Source of the DNA: Sanchytrium tribonematis
Taxonomy: Eukaryota
NCBI GenBank assembly: GCA_018985235.1
Contig: JADGIG010000028.1
Span: 1 to 37,665 of the forward strand
DNA: 37,665 nt
Direction of reading: 5' to 3'
In this document: positions 9,546-20,798 of the stretch, in pieces
How the letters are laid out: the number at the start of each line of letters is the position of its first letter
How positions within the stretch are numbered: the first letter of the stretch is position 1
Notes under the pieces: generated by a model
The model's database searches: none
What the model saw: the letters and a program-made list of their open reading frames with translations, nothing else
Told to the model about the DNA's origin: nothing
Position numbers and translations under genes: made by a program

Positions 9546-11727
9546 TTAATACGGTCCCATTTTTAGGTTTTTCCCCTTAATTGTAAACATTTTGTCGAAC
9601 GGATCATCGATACTGGAATCCGAGACCTCTGTCAAATCGGAAGTACTGGGTTTGTTCATCTCGATGGAGGTGTGTGGAAGTCCGAGAGTTCGAGACATAG
9701 TCAATGGCTCAGCCTCTTCGTCAAAATTGTCTATACTTTTTAATGAAGGTGATTTGCTTCTCTGTCTATGAGCTGCTTTTTCATATAAAGTAGTCCTAGG
9801 CAAGTCATTTTTTACCGATGAGAGAGATGAGGAACGTGACAGTTCTAGTTCTGAATCTATAAGCTTTTGCTTTCTAGATGGTAACGCTTGACTCCTTTGT
9901 GATGTATTTGATCGTTTTGGCGGTGGAATTTTATCTGAAGAATATTCATCGATCACGTTTGCTACACCTAACTGAGATTCTCTATATTTTTTGTTCTTTA
10001 AAGATATTTTGCGTAGTATATTTGAGAATCTGTGGGAGTTGGATGATCTTTTGGTTGTCATCATTTCTTCATACAGCTCATCTGCATTATTAACACCTAA
10101 CAGTTCCGAATGCTTTGCCGCCAATGTCCGAGGTCCACCCCAGGAACGGGTAAAATAGGTTGCTATGCCATATATATACCTAAATTAATCAAAAATACAC
10201 CAAAGTGTAAAAGAATGGCATTAACATCATTAAAACAGGAAATGTAAATAAAACACTGAACAATTTGTACTTCAATGCATAAATTGTAACAATGAGCCAC
10301 TGGCCAATAAATGGGAATGCAAAAAACCACAAAGCATAATATGTTGTCAAGTACCCAGTAGCGTAATATAAAATAAATACAATTGCATATGCAGACATAA
10401 ATCTGTTACAAAATTCCAACATTCTCCATATTAGCAATAATGGTACCCTTTGCCATAATTCAAAACTAACAATCATCCAAGCTTCATTAGCCACAGCACC
10501 AAGTAGCCATCTTCGACGCTGCTTCATAAAAGATCGGAAACCAGTCACAGCGGTGGTAGAAGCATGTGCCACTGCACACATTCCAGTTGCACCAAATTCA
10601 TAATTTTGCATCAAAAGATGAGTCAAATATCGGTCTTCTCCCAAATAAAATCTGTGGTAATTTAAAGTGGCTTTCTGATTCAAATCTCCAAAATAAACTT
10701 TTCCAATTCTTCTCAATGTGGAATATCTAATCATGGTAAGGGCGCCTGGTAGACAAGTGACTCCGCCCAAGGCACTTTCCATGACCCTGACAACCAATTG
10801 GCCCTGCATATATTCCGGGTTTTGATAATGATATAGTAAATTCCACCATTGATTTGTTGTACAACTGATAAATCCAGTAACCGCTTTTTTACTCAAGTCT
10901 TTATCCATTGTCACCGCTAGATTGTGAATTGCATATCTGTCAAGTACAATGTCACTGTCTATCATTAATACATGATGATTTCTTCTGTTAATTCTTTCAG
11001 TCCTTTGTTGTATAAGCTGCCACGCATTACCTTGGGTAATCCTCTTTCCACCATGATCGCATCTAGTGACCACCAATTCCCGATTATTTACAACCACCAT
11101 GATACTACTAGGGAGATCTTGGGCTAAGGGAACATCATATTCTTTTAAAAGAGCTAAATAAATGGGACTCATTTCAGAATCGTCAAAGGTGCAATATAAG
11201 CTTAAGGGTCCATCGTACTCCGAGTACAGCACTGAGTGAACAGCTTTTAACAAATCATTTATATCTTCATTGTATATTGGCATGATTACGCTTATTTTGG
11301 TCGAGATAGTAAAGGTAGAAAGTTTTGATCTCCAAATTTTTTGCGAAAATATAGAATACACAGCACAAATAACAGGCAATATTCCGAATAATGAATAAGA
11401 CGCCAAAATGACATAAAATGATTGCTCTTTCAGAAAATAAGGCATTTGAGAATCAAATTCAATCGGAAAGAGGCTCAATGTTAAAGGAATATACATGACC
11501 CGTAAATACAAAAATAGCAGCATGAATAATAACGAAGCAACTTTATATTTAATTTTACCCACCATGACTAACTTGATGGGTAATAAAATAAATATACTCG
11601 TAAAAGTAAGAAACTCAAGAACACCATGTCCTAAGGCAATCCATGTTAAAATTTGGAGCCAAATTGGCATTTGATCTTTACCTGAATGACCGTAGAGATC
11701 CGTTATGATATCTGTCAAATCTCCCAT
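9546..11727 (-). CDS. Chitin synthase, compact class VI-like GT2 (~720 aa); intron 10180-10198
   Basis: IDSD, QNPEY, CLPG, LGEDRYL and QRRRW present; splicing adds YIYGIATYFTRSWGGPR and joins the 9546-10124 ORF as a low-complexity tail. Confidence 0.9.
10180..10198 (-). other. 19-nt spliceosomal intron GTATTTTTGATTAATTTAG
   Basis: Contains the in-frame TGA; removal (GT|G = Val) restores the SWG motif of chitin synthases. Confidence 0.9.
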
Positions 11728-11768
11728 TCGCAAAGTTTGGCCCTAAAATCCCTGATCCTTTTATTGAT

Positions 11769-12014
11769 TTATTCCTCAATTTCGTATTCTTGAGCGATAT
11801 CTTTGATGGAGGTTTGTTTATATTTTGCCAAAATACCAAGTAAGTGGAAACCCAAATCCTTAGTATCATTCAACTGATGAAGAATTTTTTTCTGGTGTTT
11901 TGATTTTCTTTCTAGTTCGACCAAATCAATATCTTTTAGCATTATTTTGAGATCTGTGAGTTTTTCTTGCAGTGATCTAATGATTTTAGCATTTTGTAAT
12001 TCTTCTTGTTCCAT
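11769..12014 (-). CDS. SWI5: DNA repair/recombination mediator Swi5 (Sae3 family)
   Basis: LHQLNDTKDLGFHLLGILA...IKDI matches the Swi5 LH.YN..KD.G..L.G pattern; coiled-coil N-terminus. Confidence 0.8.
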   Translation of the reverse strand: MEQEELQNAKIIRSLQEKLTDLKIMLKDIDLVELERKSKHQKKILHQLNDTKDLGFHLLGILAKYKQTSIKDIAQEYEIEE

Positions 12015-12033
12015 TATTCTCCTTGAGATAACA

Positions 12034-12240
12034 ATGGCAAAGCCGACAATGATTCAAAAAATACAAATGGGCGCAATGATGGGCGCAGGAATTGGTTGTG
12101 TAATTGGTGGGGTGGGTGGTATTTTTCAAGGGCTAGCAAATAAGCAGGAACCTTTTTTTAGAGTTTTGGGAAGAAGTATGCTAGGATCCGCCGGTACTTT
12201 TGCGGTAATAATGGCAGTTGGCAGTGTTTTGCGGCAATAA
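12034..12240 (+). CDS. MGR2: Mitochondrial import component Mgr2/Romo1
   Basis: KIQMGAMMGAGIG...MLGSAGTFAVIMAVGSVLR; ATG at 12034. Confidence 0.93.
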   Translation: MAKPTMIQKIQMGAMMGAGIGCVIGGVGGIFQGLANKQEPFFRVLGRSMLGSAGTFAVIMAVGSVLRQ

Positions 12241-12382
12241 ACTCTTTGATATTTCAGATCGCTTGTTTGTGTTTATTAAACAATGCATCGATACCCAGTG
12301 GATAATTATAATAAATTGTTCGCACAATATCGAAAATGAATTTAGTAGAATTATGAATTATTTACTATTTAAAAAGGCTCAA

Positions 12383-12541
12383 TTATGCCAGGCGATTGTT
12401 CAAGGTCCTCGCAACCATTACAGGGTCACAAGAAATAAAAAATCCCAATGCATTTTTTAAAAGTATTTGTTCAAGGTATTTATCGCTCTTATGAGCCGAT
12501 TTTAGTTTCTGATAAGTGAGATGAATGAGTTCTGAAGTCAT
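12383..12541 (-). CDS. 52-aa micro-protein (SERTA-like motif), below ORF-track cutoff
   Basis: MTSELIHLTYQKLKSAHKSDKYLEQILLKNALGFFISCDPVMVARTLNNRLA then TAA; TATAAAAAG starts exactly 30 nt upstream of the ATG. Confidence 0.6.
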   Translation of the reverse strand: MTSELIHLTYQKLKSAHKSDKYLEQILLKNALGFFISCDPVMVARTLNNRLA

Positions 12542-12658
12542 TTAGATGAAGCAGACGACTTCCTTTTTATAAGGAAACATGTGAAAATTGGGCAATCATA
12601 ATCCAATCACATCAGATATGTGACAAACGTGTCGATCTTCACATTTGATTAGTAAATT

Positions 12659-13000
12659 TTATTCATAAAGCATGCAATGATTTGCTTGTTCTTTGGCATA
12701 ATCAAGTTCTTTCAGACTCCTCCCAGTTAAATATCCTAAATAACAATTAGGCTTGACCTTGAAAACTGCACAAAGTCCAACAAACATTGACTCTGCATAA
12801 TTTATGTTATTTGTACATTTGATATAGTGTAAAAGAGCTCTTATTACCGGTTCGAGCTCAGAAGCTCCAAATCGACCAACTAAAATGTAATTGAGAATTG
12901 GTTCAATATATTCAAAGCCATCCATGTACAAATCAAAGTGCTCTAGCATTTGATTGATAACCAATTCTGTGTTAGTAAAATGGGATTCGATAGTATTCAT
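12659..13000 (-). CDS. Uncharacterised 113-aa protein, paralog of 2705-3037
   Basis: Shared blocks with 2705-3037; TATATATAAG 30 nt upstream of the ATG. Confidence 0.85.
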   Translation of the reverse strand: MNTIESHFTNTELVINQMLEHFDLYMDGFEYIEPILNYILVGRFGASELEPVIRALLHYIKCTNNINYAESMFVGLCAVFKVKPNCYLGYLTGRSLKELDYAKEQANHCMLYE

Positions 13001-13495
13001 TGGTTTGTAAAGTCGTGGTACTTATATATAGCCCATCGGAACTAAACTCGGTGACTATAAATCATTAACCCCGAAAAGATTTAAAAATTGTAACACGATC
13101 TTGTATTTTAGCACGGAATATTGTATCCAGTTTTCAACCAAGTCTTACGAGCCATTTTAAATACAATGTACTTTTTTAGTTTGAAACTATTAGGATAAAT
13201 GTGAAGATAGTTCTCAAATCTCATCAAAATTATTTATTTCTAGAAATACTAGATAGTTCAAACTGAATCTTTGCAATAAAAACTATACTAGACGGTATAA
13301 TTTCATACGCATCTTTGCTTTTTACGGAAAATTCTTGTGATCTTGTCATGCAAGTGAAATTTTCTTTATGGTTTCTTTTAATATATGAAAAGAACGTAGT
13401 GTCCAATCATATTATTGAAAGAATCTGTTCAGAATACACACTCAAGTTTCGCGATGTGAGAGTCAGGGTCAATATTTAAAACAATTGTTTGGCTG

Positions 13496-13876
13496 ATGCA
13501 ACTCAAATCTTATTGTGAACAAGTATTGGCGCATACATACGGCTTGAAAGCTATCATGATTACTGATAGTGATGGTGCTGTATTGTTAAGTATAGCGTGT
13601 GATGATGTGCCAGACAATATGTTGAATGTTGCCACGGGCATGCTTTATACTATTTCGAGTGATCTTAGTGGTAAATTTGGATTAGGGAAAAATGTAAAAA
13701 TAACTCAAAAGTATCAGGCGTATAACATCTTGCAAAAAAATTACAATCCGTTTATATTAACATTGATATCTGATGGAGACGCTCCAATTGAAGGTATATG
13801 GGGTGCGGAGCAGCATGAATTAGAAATCGCTATACATCAGCTTCTTGAAGACCACAACAAAAACAATAAAGTTTGA
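13496..13876 (+). CDS. LAMTOR3: Ragulator subunit LAMTOR3 (roadblock fold)
   Basis: GLKAIMITDSDG, KFGLGKNVKI...Y..Y..LQ.NYNPFILTLI. Confidence 0.85.
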   Translation: MQLKSYCEQVLAHTYGLKAIMITDSDGAVLLSIACDDVPDNMLNVATGMLYTISSDLSGKFGLGKNVKITQKYQAYNILQKNYNPFILTLISDGDAPIEGIWGAEQHELEIAIHQLLEDHNKNNKV

Positions 13877-13958
13877 TCGGTCTAAAATAAACTTGTGGCG
13901 TAGGTCCAATTTAACAAATGGCTAAAAATTATTAACTTTAAACGCTGCAAGAAAGTAG

Positions 13959-14366
13959 ATGGGAATAGCAAAAATATTTAGAACTTTATTCAGCACATTT
14001 TTGACATGTTCAAGTAATCAGAAGTCTAGTAAGGTTTGTAAATCATGCCCAAAATCTCGGGATCAAGAGTTGCCAAATTCTTTAGAAATAACCAGGTCAC
14101 AGGTGGTGTGCGATAGTGACAAAAGATACCTAACCCGTAACATCAGGCAGACTAGACGAGAATATTTGCGAGTAAGTCATCTCACGTTAAAGAAAGTGAC
14201 CAAATACCCAGATAGCTTGAATCGTTATGTTTATCTAAAATCTGTTTATTCCAAGCTCTCTCGACAACCTTTTAATGGTTTGCAGCATCAAGAGGTCTGC
14301 GAGTTTCATCTCAAACAGTTACTGAAGCAAATCGATGATGACTATATGATAAATAGCACTATATAA
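13959..14366 (+). CDS. Hypothetical 135-aa protein
   Basis: ATG-initiated ORF filling the gap between two genes, stop in TAAATT context; weak SERTA-like segment. Confidence 0.65.
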   Translation: MGIAKIFRTLFSTFLTCSSNQKSSKVCKSCPKSRDQELPNSLEITRSQVVCDSDKRYLTRNIRQTRREYLRVSHLTLKKVTKYPDSLNRYVYLKSVYSKLSRQPFNGLQHQEVCEFHLKQLLKQIDDDYMINSTI

Positions 14367-14372
14367 ATTATT

Positions 14373-16130
14373 TTATTTGTCAAAATCCAATTTAAATTTG
14401 CTCGTTTTCGGGATTAATACTAAGTCGCAAAGTTCTTTGGTTTCAGATTTCTTGTTTATCAAACTATTTAAAGAAGTAGTTGAATTTGCTTGAGTTGTTG
14501 AATTTGAGTACGTTTCGTCGTTAGAATTTTTTCGGGCCTTTGTGTTGACGGAAAACTCAGTTTCTGATATGGAAAATGCCCGGTTGCTACGTTGACCCAA
14601 TGAGGTCTTCTTTTGGTGGTTTTCGTGAATATGCTTCTTGTGACTCCAGTGGCTCACAATTTCTTTTATTTCCCTAGACTCTAAATCTTCCTTTCGCACC
14701 TCAATTTTCCCAAAATCAAGAGTTCCTCTTATCAAATTAATAATCAAGTCAATTAGAATAAACACAAGGTTGACAAATGGGCCAAACAGTACATACAGAG
14801 CATAGTAAAAAAAATTGTACCACATTTGAAACCTTGTTGTATTTAAAAGTAATAGAAGTAATTCACCCACAAAAGGAGCCAGAAAAATTAAATTGATAGC
14901 TGGCGCTTGACCAAAAGCATAGAGAACAATACTCAAAAAGGGGATGATTGAGAAAAATTGACAAAAAAATTGCAACACATGTGTTATTGTATACGTCTTT
15001 GGATATTCAGACAATAATAAAATCCAGCAGTACTCTCGTAACAATTGGAGTAAATGCTCTCTATGTATATAGTTTGAGAGCGTAGAAGATGGTTGATTTT
15101 TGGCAATACTCAAACTACACAATCCAATGCTCTCCCTACCCTTTTCGCTAACCAGATATCTTGATAAATCTACATCAGCCCCTAGATTAAATTTTGTTGA
15201 GCTCTGATGGAATATGATTGTTTGGCATTCATTTAATGCCTTTTGTGTTATAATGAAAAAACTTTGTGGGAGAGAATGCAAGTACCCACAGGAAAGAGGC
15301 AACTGTTTCCATTGATAAAAATTATCACAAAAGTGATATGAACTACCGTCTATTGTACCAGTCATTGCAACTCTTTGAGGGTACTTTGTAAATGTCATAC
15401 AAAAATTATGCACAACATTCTTATTCAACATGACGTTGGAATCTATAAATAGTACATACTCAAATTGATCCAACTGCTGGGCAAGATTCCAAGCATATTG
15501 TTTTGGGTCCACATCGTGATTCTGCCTTTTACATATGACGAGGTGCTTTTCCATTCCTGGAATTGATAAATCCACAATTCCATATTCCAAGGTCTTTTGC
15601 TTAAATTCAACATGATATTCCTTCAGTAGCTCAATATAAGCGAGATTCATTTCATAACTGTCAAACGAGCAAAAAATTGTTAAACGGCCCTCGTATTCTT
15701 GATTGACAGCCTTTTTAATGGTAGAAATAAGTTGCTTTGGATCTTCGTTGTAAACAGGAATTATGACAGCCACAGTTGGATTCTTGCGCCTCTCATCTAG
15801 GCGATATCCGACAATTGACTGGCTTATAATGTAGCGCAGTAAAAGCCCAGCTGACCAAATTCCATAGATGGCATAAAAGAACAAAAGTAAGTAAAATCCA
15901 CCATCAGCAAGAACCTTCGGAGTTTTGACAATAAAGGACACAGCAAAACTGACATAGAGTATTCGAGATAGAAAATACAAAAGTAGAAGCACAATAGCTA
16001 CAGCTTTATACCTATAATCTAATCTAAATAATACAGAAGTCGCTGTTACGACTCCAATTGATGTTAATACAAACTCAGCAAAACAATGTGATATTGCGTA
16101 GTAGTAAAGAATAGAAATCCATGTGTCCAT
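14373..16130 (-). CDS. Chitin synthase class VI-like paralog with degenerate catalytic motifs
   Basis: Same architecture as 9546-11727 (N-terminal TMs, VIIPVYNED, FD, IDS, C-terminal TMs) but EDR appears as ADV and QRRRW as HREHL. ATG 16130. Confidence 0.85.
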   Translation of the reverse strand: MDTWISILYYYAISHCFAEFVLTSIGVVTATSVLFRLDYRYKAVAIVLLLLYFLSRILYVSFAVSFIVKTPKVLADGGFYLLLFFYAIYGIWSAGLLLRYIISQSIVGYRLDERRKNPTVAVIIPVYNEDPKQLISTIKKAVNQEYEGRLTIFCSFDSYEMNLAYIELLKEYHVEFKQKTLEYGIVDLSIPGMEKHLVICKRQNHDVDPKQYAWNLAQQLDQFEYVLFIDSNVMLNKNVVHNFCMTFTKYPQRVAMTGTIDGSSYHFCDNFYQWKQLPLSCGYLHSLPQSFFIITQKALNECQTIIFHQSSTKFNLGADVDLSRYLVSEKGRESIGLCSLSIAKNQPSSTLSNYIHREHLLQLLREYCWILLLSEYPKTYTITHVLQFFCQFFSIIPFLSIVLYAFGQAPAINLIFLAPFVGELLLLLLNTTRFQMWYNFFYYALYVLFGPFVNLVFILIDLIINLIRGTLDFGKIEVRKEDLESREIKEIVSHWSHKKHIHENHQKKTSLGQRSNRAFSISETEFSVNTKARKNSNDETYSNSTTQANSTTSLNSLINKKSETKELCDLVLIPKTSKFKLDFDK

Positions 16131-16387
16131 GTTCACAAGGAGGTAGTCGCTACACAAAAAAGTTAGATTGAAAATTTCTTAGGAAAGTCCCCGTGATGAC
16201 TCTGAAATTATTTATTTTACTATATAATAGACTTCAAAGCCTCTCAACTACTTTCGCTGGGGCATTATTTCACTGATGATTGGTACTGCCAATCAAAGCA
16301 ATCCCCTTTCCCACTTGTAAATTAACTTGCTTTAATTTGGCAAGCCGTTTTGATAACATAAAAGGCGGTTCACCTATATTGAACAAT

Positions 16388-16867
16388 ATGAAATACCTTT
16401 TAGCTGCCTCTGTTTTGGCTTTTACTGTTGAAAATTCAATCACTAAAAGAGCAATTTTACCACCTAGTGGGATTCCCCCTCCACCACCTGGCGGGTCTCC
16501 CCCTGGTCCACCTGCTTCTCCTCTAACAGGTCCTAGTCCCAGCCCACCTGTTATCCCACCTAGTCACGAACCTACAGAAACTGGCTCTCCTGTAATGGGA
16601 GGACCAGAACATGAGCCTTTACATGAGACTCAACCGGAACCTATTGGAGAAATTAGACAAGAACCAAAACAAGAACCACTACATGAACCTCACCAGGGTC
16701 CTGATCATCTAGAACCTGTAAATCTTGAACCATCACATGCTGATACTGTGACGCCAGTGTCTGGAGCTTATGCAACCGAATCAGAAGAGATTCACGAGGG
16801 TACCTATTCTAGCGCAAGTCAATCAATTTTGAGTGCTTATATTATTGGGGCTCTATTTTTACAGTAA
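16388..16867 (+). CDS. Secreted Pro/Glu/His-rich, probably GPI-anchored surface protein
   Basis: Signal MKYLLAASVLA, Kex2-like KR, polyproline tract, HEP/QEP repeats, hydrophobic C-terminus after YSSAS. Confidence 0.8.
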   Translation: MKYLLAASVLAFTVENSITKRAILPPSGIPPPPPGGSPPGPPASPLTGPSPSPPVIPPSHEPTETGSPVMGGPEHEPLHETQPEPIGEIRQEPKQEPLHEPHQGPDHLEPVNLEPSHADTVTPVSGAYATESEEIHEGTYSSASQSILSAYIIGALFLQ

Positions 16868-16882
16868 ATTACTCAAGATTTA

Positions 16883-18049
16883 TTATAGTATGATACGTTC
16901 AATTACAATAGCAGATGCTCCTCCTCCGCCGTTGCAAATTCCGGCGCATCCGTATTTTGCCTTTTTGTCATTAAGAATATTCATCAATGTCACTACTACT
17001 CGTATGCCGGAACACCCAAGTGGATGTCCTAATGCAACAGCCCCACCACGAATGTTAACTTTTGACAGAGGTATATTGAGTAGTTGTGCATTAACCAAAC
17101 CAGCTACTGCAAAAGCTTCATTAATCTCATAATAATCTACTTGGTCTAGGGTAATATCTGCTTTTTTTAACGCTTTTGGAATCGCCAAATGCGGGGTTGT
17201 GACAAAATCTACAGAATCTTGCTCAGAATCGGCACACGCGAGAATTTTAAACACTGCATCACCTTTCTTGATGTGTCCATCTTTAAGGTAATTAGACATT
17301 TGCTTCTCACTAACTATTACAACGGCGCTTGCGCCATCACTCAATGGAGATGCGTTTGCTGCCGTGACAGTGCCATCTTTGGTAAAAACTGGTTTTAATT
17401 CTTTGACTTTTTCAACTTTTAGCTTCCGAATATTTTCATCTTCCTTCACAACAGTTTTCTGTCTGCCTCTAATTTCGATGGGAAGAATTTCATTTTTAAA
17501 ACAACCGGAATCCGTAGCTTCAACAGCGCGCCTAAACGATTCTATGGCATAATTATCCTGCTGTTCCCTCGAAATTGAATATTTTTCCGCAGTTCCATCC
17601 GCACACTCCCCCATTAATTTTTTTTGAAAAGGATCCAATAAACCATCATATTGTAGGCCATCTCTTAAGTCCGTGGAGCCATACTTAAGACCCCTATTGA
17701 CGTAGTATGGAGCATTGCTCATTGACTCTGAACCCACTGCCAAAACAGCATCTGCTCCACATAAAATACTCAAATTAGCTATACTAATCGCCTTCATTCC
17801 ACTTGCGCATACTTTGTTGATTTGGGTACCTATTGCTTTTTCAAGACCGCTATGTACACAGACTTGTCTTGCTGGATTTTGTCCTTGATTGGCACTTAGA
17901 ACATGTCCAAAAAATACTTCTTCGATATCATTCTTGACAGGAACTATCTGTGCTACCTCAACAGCTAGATCTATTGCAGACAGACTTGACAGTTGACCTT
18001 GAAAAGATCCAATAGGTGTCCTCTTACCAGAAATAATGAAGGAATGCAT
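16883..18049 (-). CDS. ERG10: Acetyl-CoA C-acetyltransferase (thiolase)
   Basis: RTPIGSFQG, NKVCASGMKA, EINEAF, GHPLGCSG, ICNGGGGA. Confidence 0.96.
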   Translation of the reverse strand: MHSFIISGKRTPIGSFQGQLSSLSAIDLAVEVAQIVPVKNDIEEVFFGHVLSANQGQNPARQVCVHSGLEKAIGTQINKVCASGMKAISIANLSILCGADAVLAVGSESMSNAPYYVNRGLKYGSTDLRDGLQYDGLLDPFQKKLMGECADGTAEKYSISREQQDNYAIESFRRAVEATDSGCFKNEILPIEIRGRQKTVVKEDENIRKLKVEKVKELKPVFTKDGTVTAANASPLSDGASAVVIVSEKQMSNYLKDGHIKKGDAVFKILACADSEQDSVDFVTTPHLAIPKALKKADITLDQVDYYEINEAFAVAGLVNAQLLNIPLSKVNIRGGAVALGHPLGCSGIRVVVTLMNILNDKKAKYGCAGICNGGGGASAIVIERIIL

Positions 18050-18085
18050 CAGCCCAACTCCTTTTAAAATATATATTTACTTTAC

Positions 18086-20660
18086 TCAAAATTCTACATT
18101 TGGATTTAATCCCACCATAGGGTCTTCTAACAATTGTCCATCCTCGTCCATTTTGTCTTCAATTAACACATTTTCCTTATTAACCAGATGTTTAATAATG
18201 GCTTTTAAAATTCTCTCCAGCTCCACAAGATCATCGGCATCTTGAATTTCTTGTTCCATTTCTTCCATCATGTAAGCAATTAAATCGCTTCTTGGCATCA
18301 TTGGCTCATCGTCACTGACACTCTTAAATTTTAGAATAATTTGCTCCTTTAACTTTGCAAATTTTGATCCTGTTAACTTTACTTTCTTAACTTGCTGTTC
18401 TACACTTTCAATAGCATCCATGGCGTCATTTTGAATCATAATATCCACATCTTCATGCTTAATTTGGGTAGTTGAACTGCTTACCAATCTATACGCTTCT
18501 TTGGCAAATTGAACATGCACCTCATTTTGGCCGTGGAGCCTTGCCAATGCTTCAGATAATCGAATCATGCTTTCCATTTGACGAACAGTAATTCTATCAC
18601 CCATTGCATTAGGATCTGCCTTTTGAAGCATTCTCAATTTTTTAAATGCTTTGCTTAAAAAAAGAGCAGCTTCACTTGTTAAGACTGGTTTGATGGTTCT
18701 ACAAAACTTAATGTAATTTCTCATTTGATCTTCTGTATAAGGTGTCTTGTGTGATTCCATAGGAGTTTGGTTTTTTTCCAACAATCCAGCCTGTAGGTGT
18801 TGTTTTGCAATAAGTTGAGATAATTGTATGTCTGTGGCCTCATCACAATCATCTTTAAGAATAAAAAATAAATCGAATCTGCTCAAAATAGGTCCTGTCA
18901 GTGCAACATTTTGTTTTAGAGTCTTTCTGGAATCATACCTACCAAATACAGGGTTTGCTGCAGCCAGAATACTCGTCCGAGCATTTAATGTGGCTTGTAT
19001 ACCAGCTTTCGAAATGCTAATGGTTTGCTGCTCCATTGCCTCGTGAATAGCTACTTGGTCTTTTGTGTCCATCTTTTCAAATTCATCGATTGCACAAACT
19101 AAATAAATGTAAATTACTTCCTTGATCAGCCAGCATCAAGGCTCCTGCCTCAATTGTAAATTCATTCGTTTCTTCTTCCCTAATAACACTAGCAGTCAAA
19201 CCGGCAGCAGAACTTGCTCGCCCACTTGTAAAAATACTTCGCGGATGAAAGTTACAAACCCATTTTAAAAGTTGAGACTTGGCTGTTCCTGGATCTCCGA
19301 CGAGAAGTATATTAACATCTCCGCGAAGATTGATTTGCTCTGGCGTCTGTTTGTGGACGCCACTGATCAATTGCAGTAAAATTCCTTTTTTGATATCATC
19401 ATGTCCAAATACACTTGGGGCCACACATTTTACAAAATTATTGTATATATTACTATCTTGGGTCATTTTTAATAATTGATTTCTTTGACTTTCAGTGAAA
19501 CATTTTTCCAAAATTTGATTTGGATCTAACAAATCAGGATCCAACCAGTATTCTGCCATTTCATCGTTATTAGCGGACTGTGATGCAAGAGCAGATGTTG
19601 GTTGCGTTGTTGGTAAATTGTCTGTCTGTGTTAGTCTGGATTTGAAAGAATCGTCAGTCGCAAGGTCATCGATATTTTGTCGCTTTCTTACTGACGGTTG
19701 TATAATTTTGATGCTCCCACTTACAACCTTAACATGGCTAGCCATAAATACAAGCTTGTGGCTTAATTCCCTTACACCCAAATCTTTAAAACCACTTACA
19801 CCTCCTGCGTTAGTTTTTTGGTCTTTTCCTCCTCTTCGTATCTCTACACCACCCAATTTAAGAGAATATGCCGAAATGTCTGGTATTGCAAGCAGGCATC
19901 CACTGATGCAACATTTGTCACCAGCCTTTGCTGTTTCTACAATGTCTCCACGGCAGATAACTTCGATTGTCCTGGGCATGGCTCCACTTGGTATTTCATC
20001 AGAACTTTCTTGAAATCTTAATTTTTGCCAATTTAAAAATTTGGAATTTTGTAACTGTAAATCAAACTGAACATTATTTTGACATGAAGTGTCAGGGCAA
20101 ACTTTTGGTTCAGTATAACGAAATTCTTGTTCAACGTTTTTAATGTCTGTCCCACATTCTCTGCAAGTAAAATTTCCTACAGTTAATTCTGGGCGAACAT
20201 CGCTGGTCCTAGTTACCGTTCCAACAACTTCTACCAACTCTCCAATTTTCTCGCACCCCAAATGCCTGAGTTGCATAGTTTGCATGACTTGATCGAAAGC
20301 TACCATAAAATGTCTCATAGGTCTATGATTTTCATTGTAAAGTGGCAATTGCATTCCGATGCCTCCGTCAGGAATAACTGGCATCTCTCCATCAGCATAT
20401 AAAAGTGCAGGGCAATGCTTATATACGAGGTATTCTGCTGCTTTACTAAGATATGGCAAAAATCTGTAATAATACTTGTATATTGCAGTACTGAAAGTCG
20501 AATCGAAACTGATTAGGTGTCTCATATTAACCATTAAAGTTGTCTTGTCTGTGTCTTTAAGACTCTTCAACTGACTGATGTAAACTTTTCTGTTCTTAAT
20601 TTGAAATGTCTCTACAAATTGAACAAACCTTTCGGCTGCTTTGCGTTCCAAATCATCCAT
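18086..20660 (-). CDS. MCM6: DNA replication licensing factor MCM6; intron 19099-19117
   Basis: VTRTSDVRPEL, Zn-finger CREC/CPDTSC, GDPGTAKSQ, spliced ALMLADQGICAIDEFEKM, SRFD. Confidence 0.96.
19099..19117 (-). other. 19-nt spliceosomal intron GTAATTTACATTTATTTAG
   Basis: Removal reconstitutes the conserved MCM Walker B region with no residue gained or lost. Confidence 0.96.
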
Positions 20661-20798
20661 GTTTGACAATGGCAAAAATAATTTTTTTAAACTATTAAGC
20701 AATAACAAACAATAATGAACATTCTTGTTCTCAATTGATTTCGAGCATATGATTGTGTGGAACGGAAAAAGAAAAGTGGTACAACTTACATAAATTTA

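Noticed and set aside
13230..13479. Short ORFs on both strands (39 aa minus 13349-13230; 43 aa plus 13348-13479)
   Set aside because: No recognisable homology; cannot be distinguished from chance in promoter DNA.
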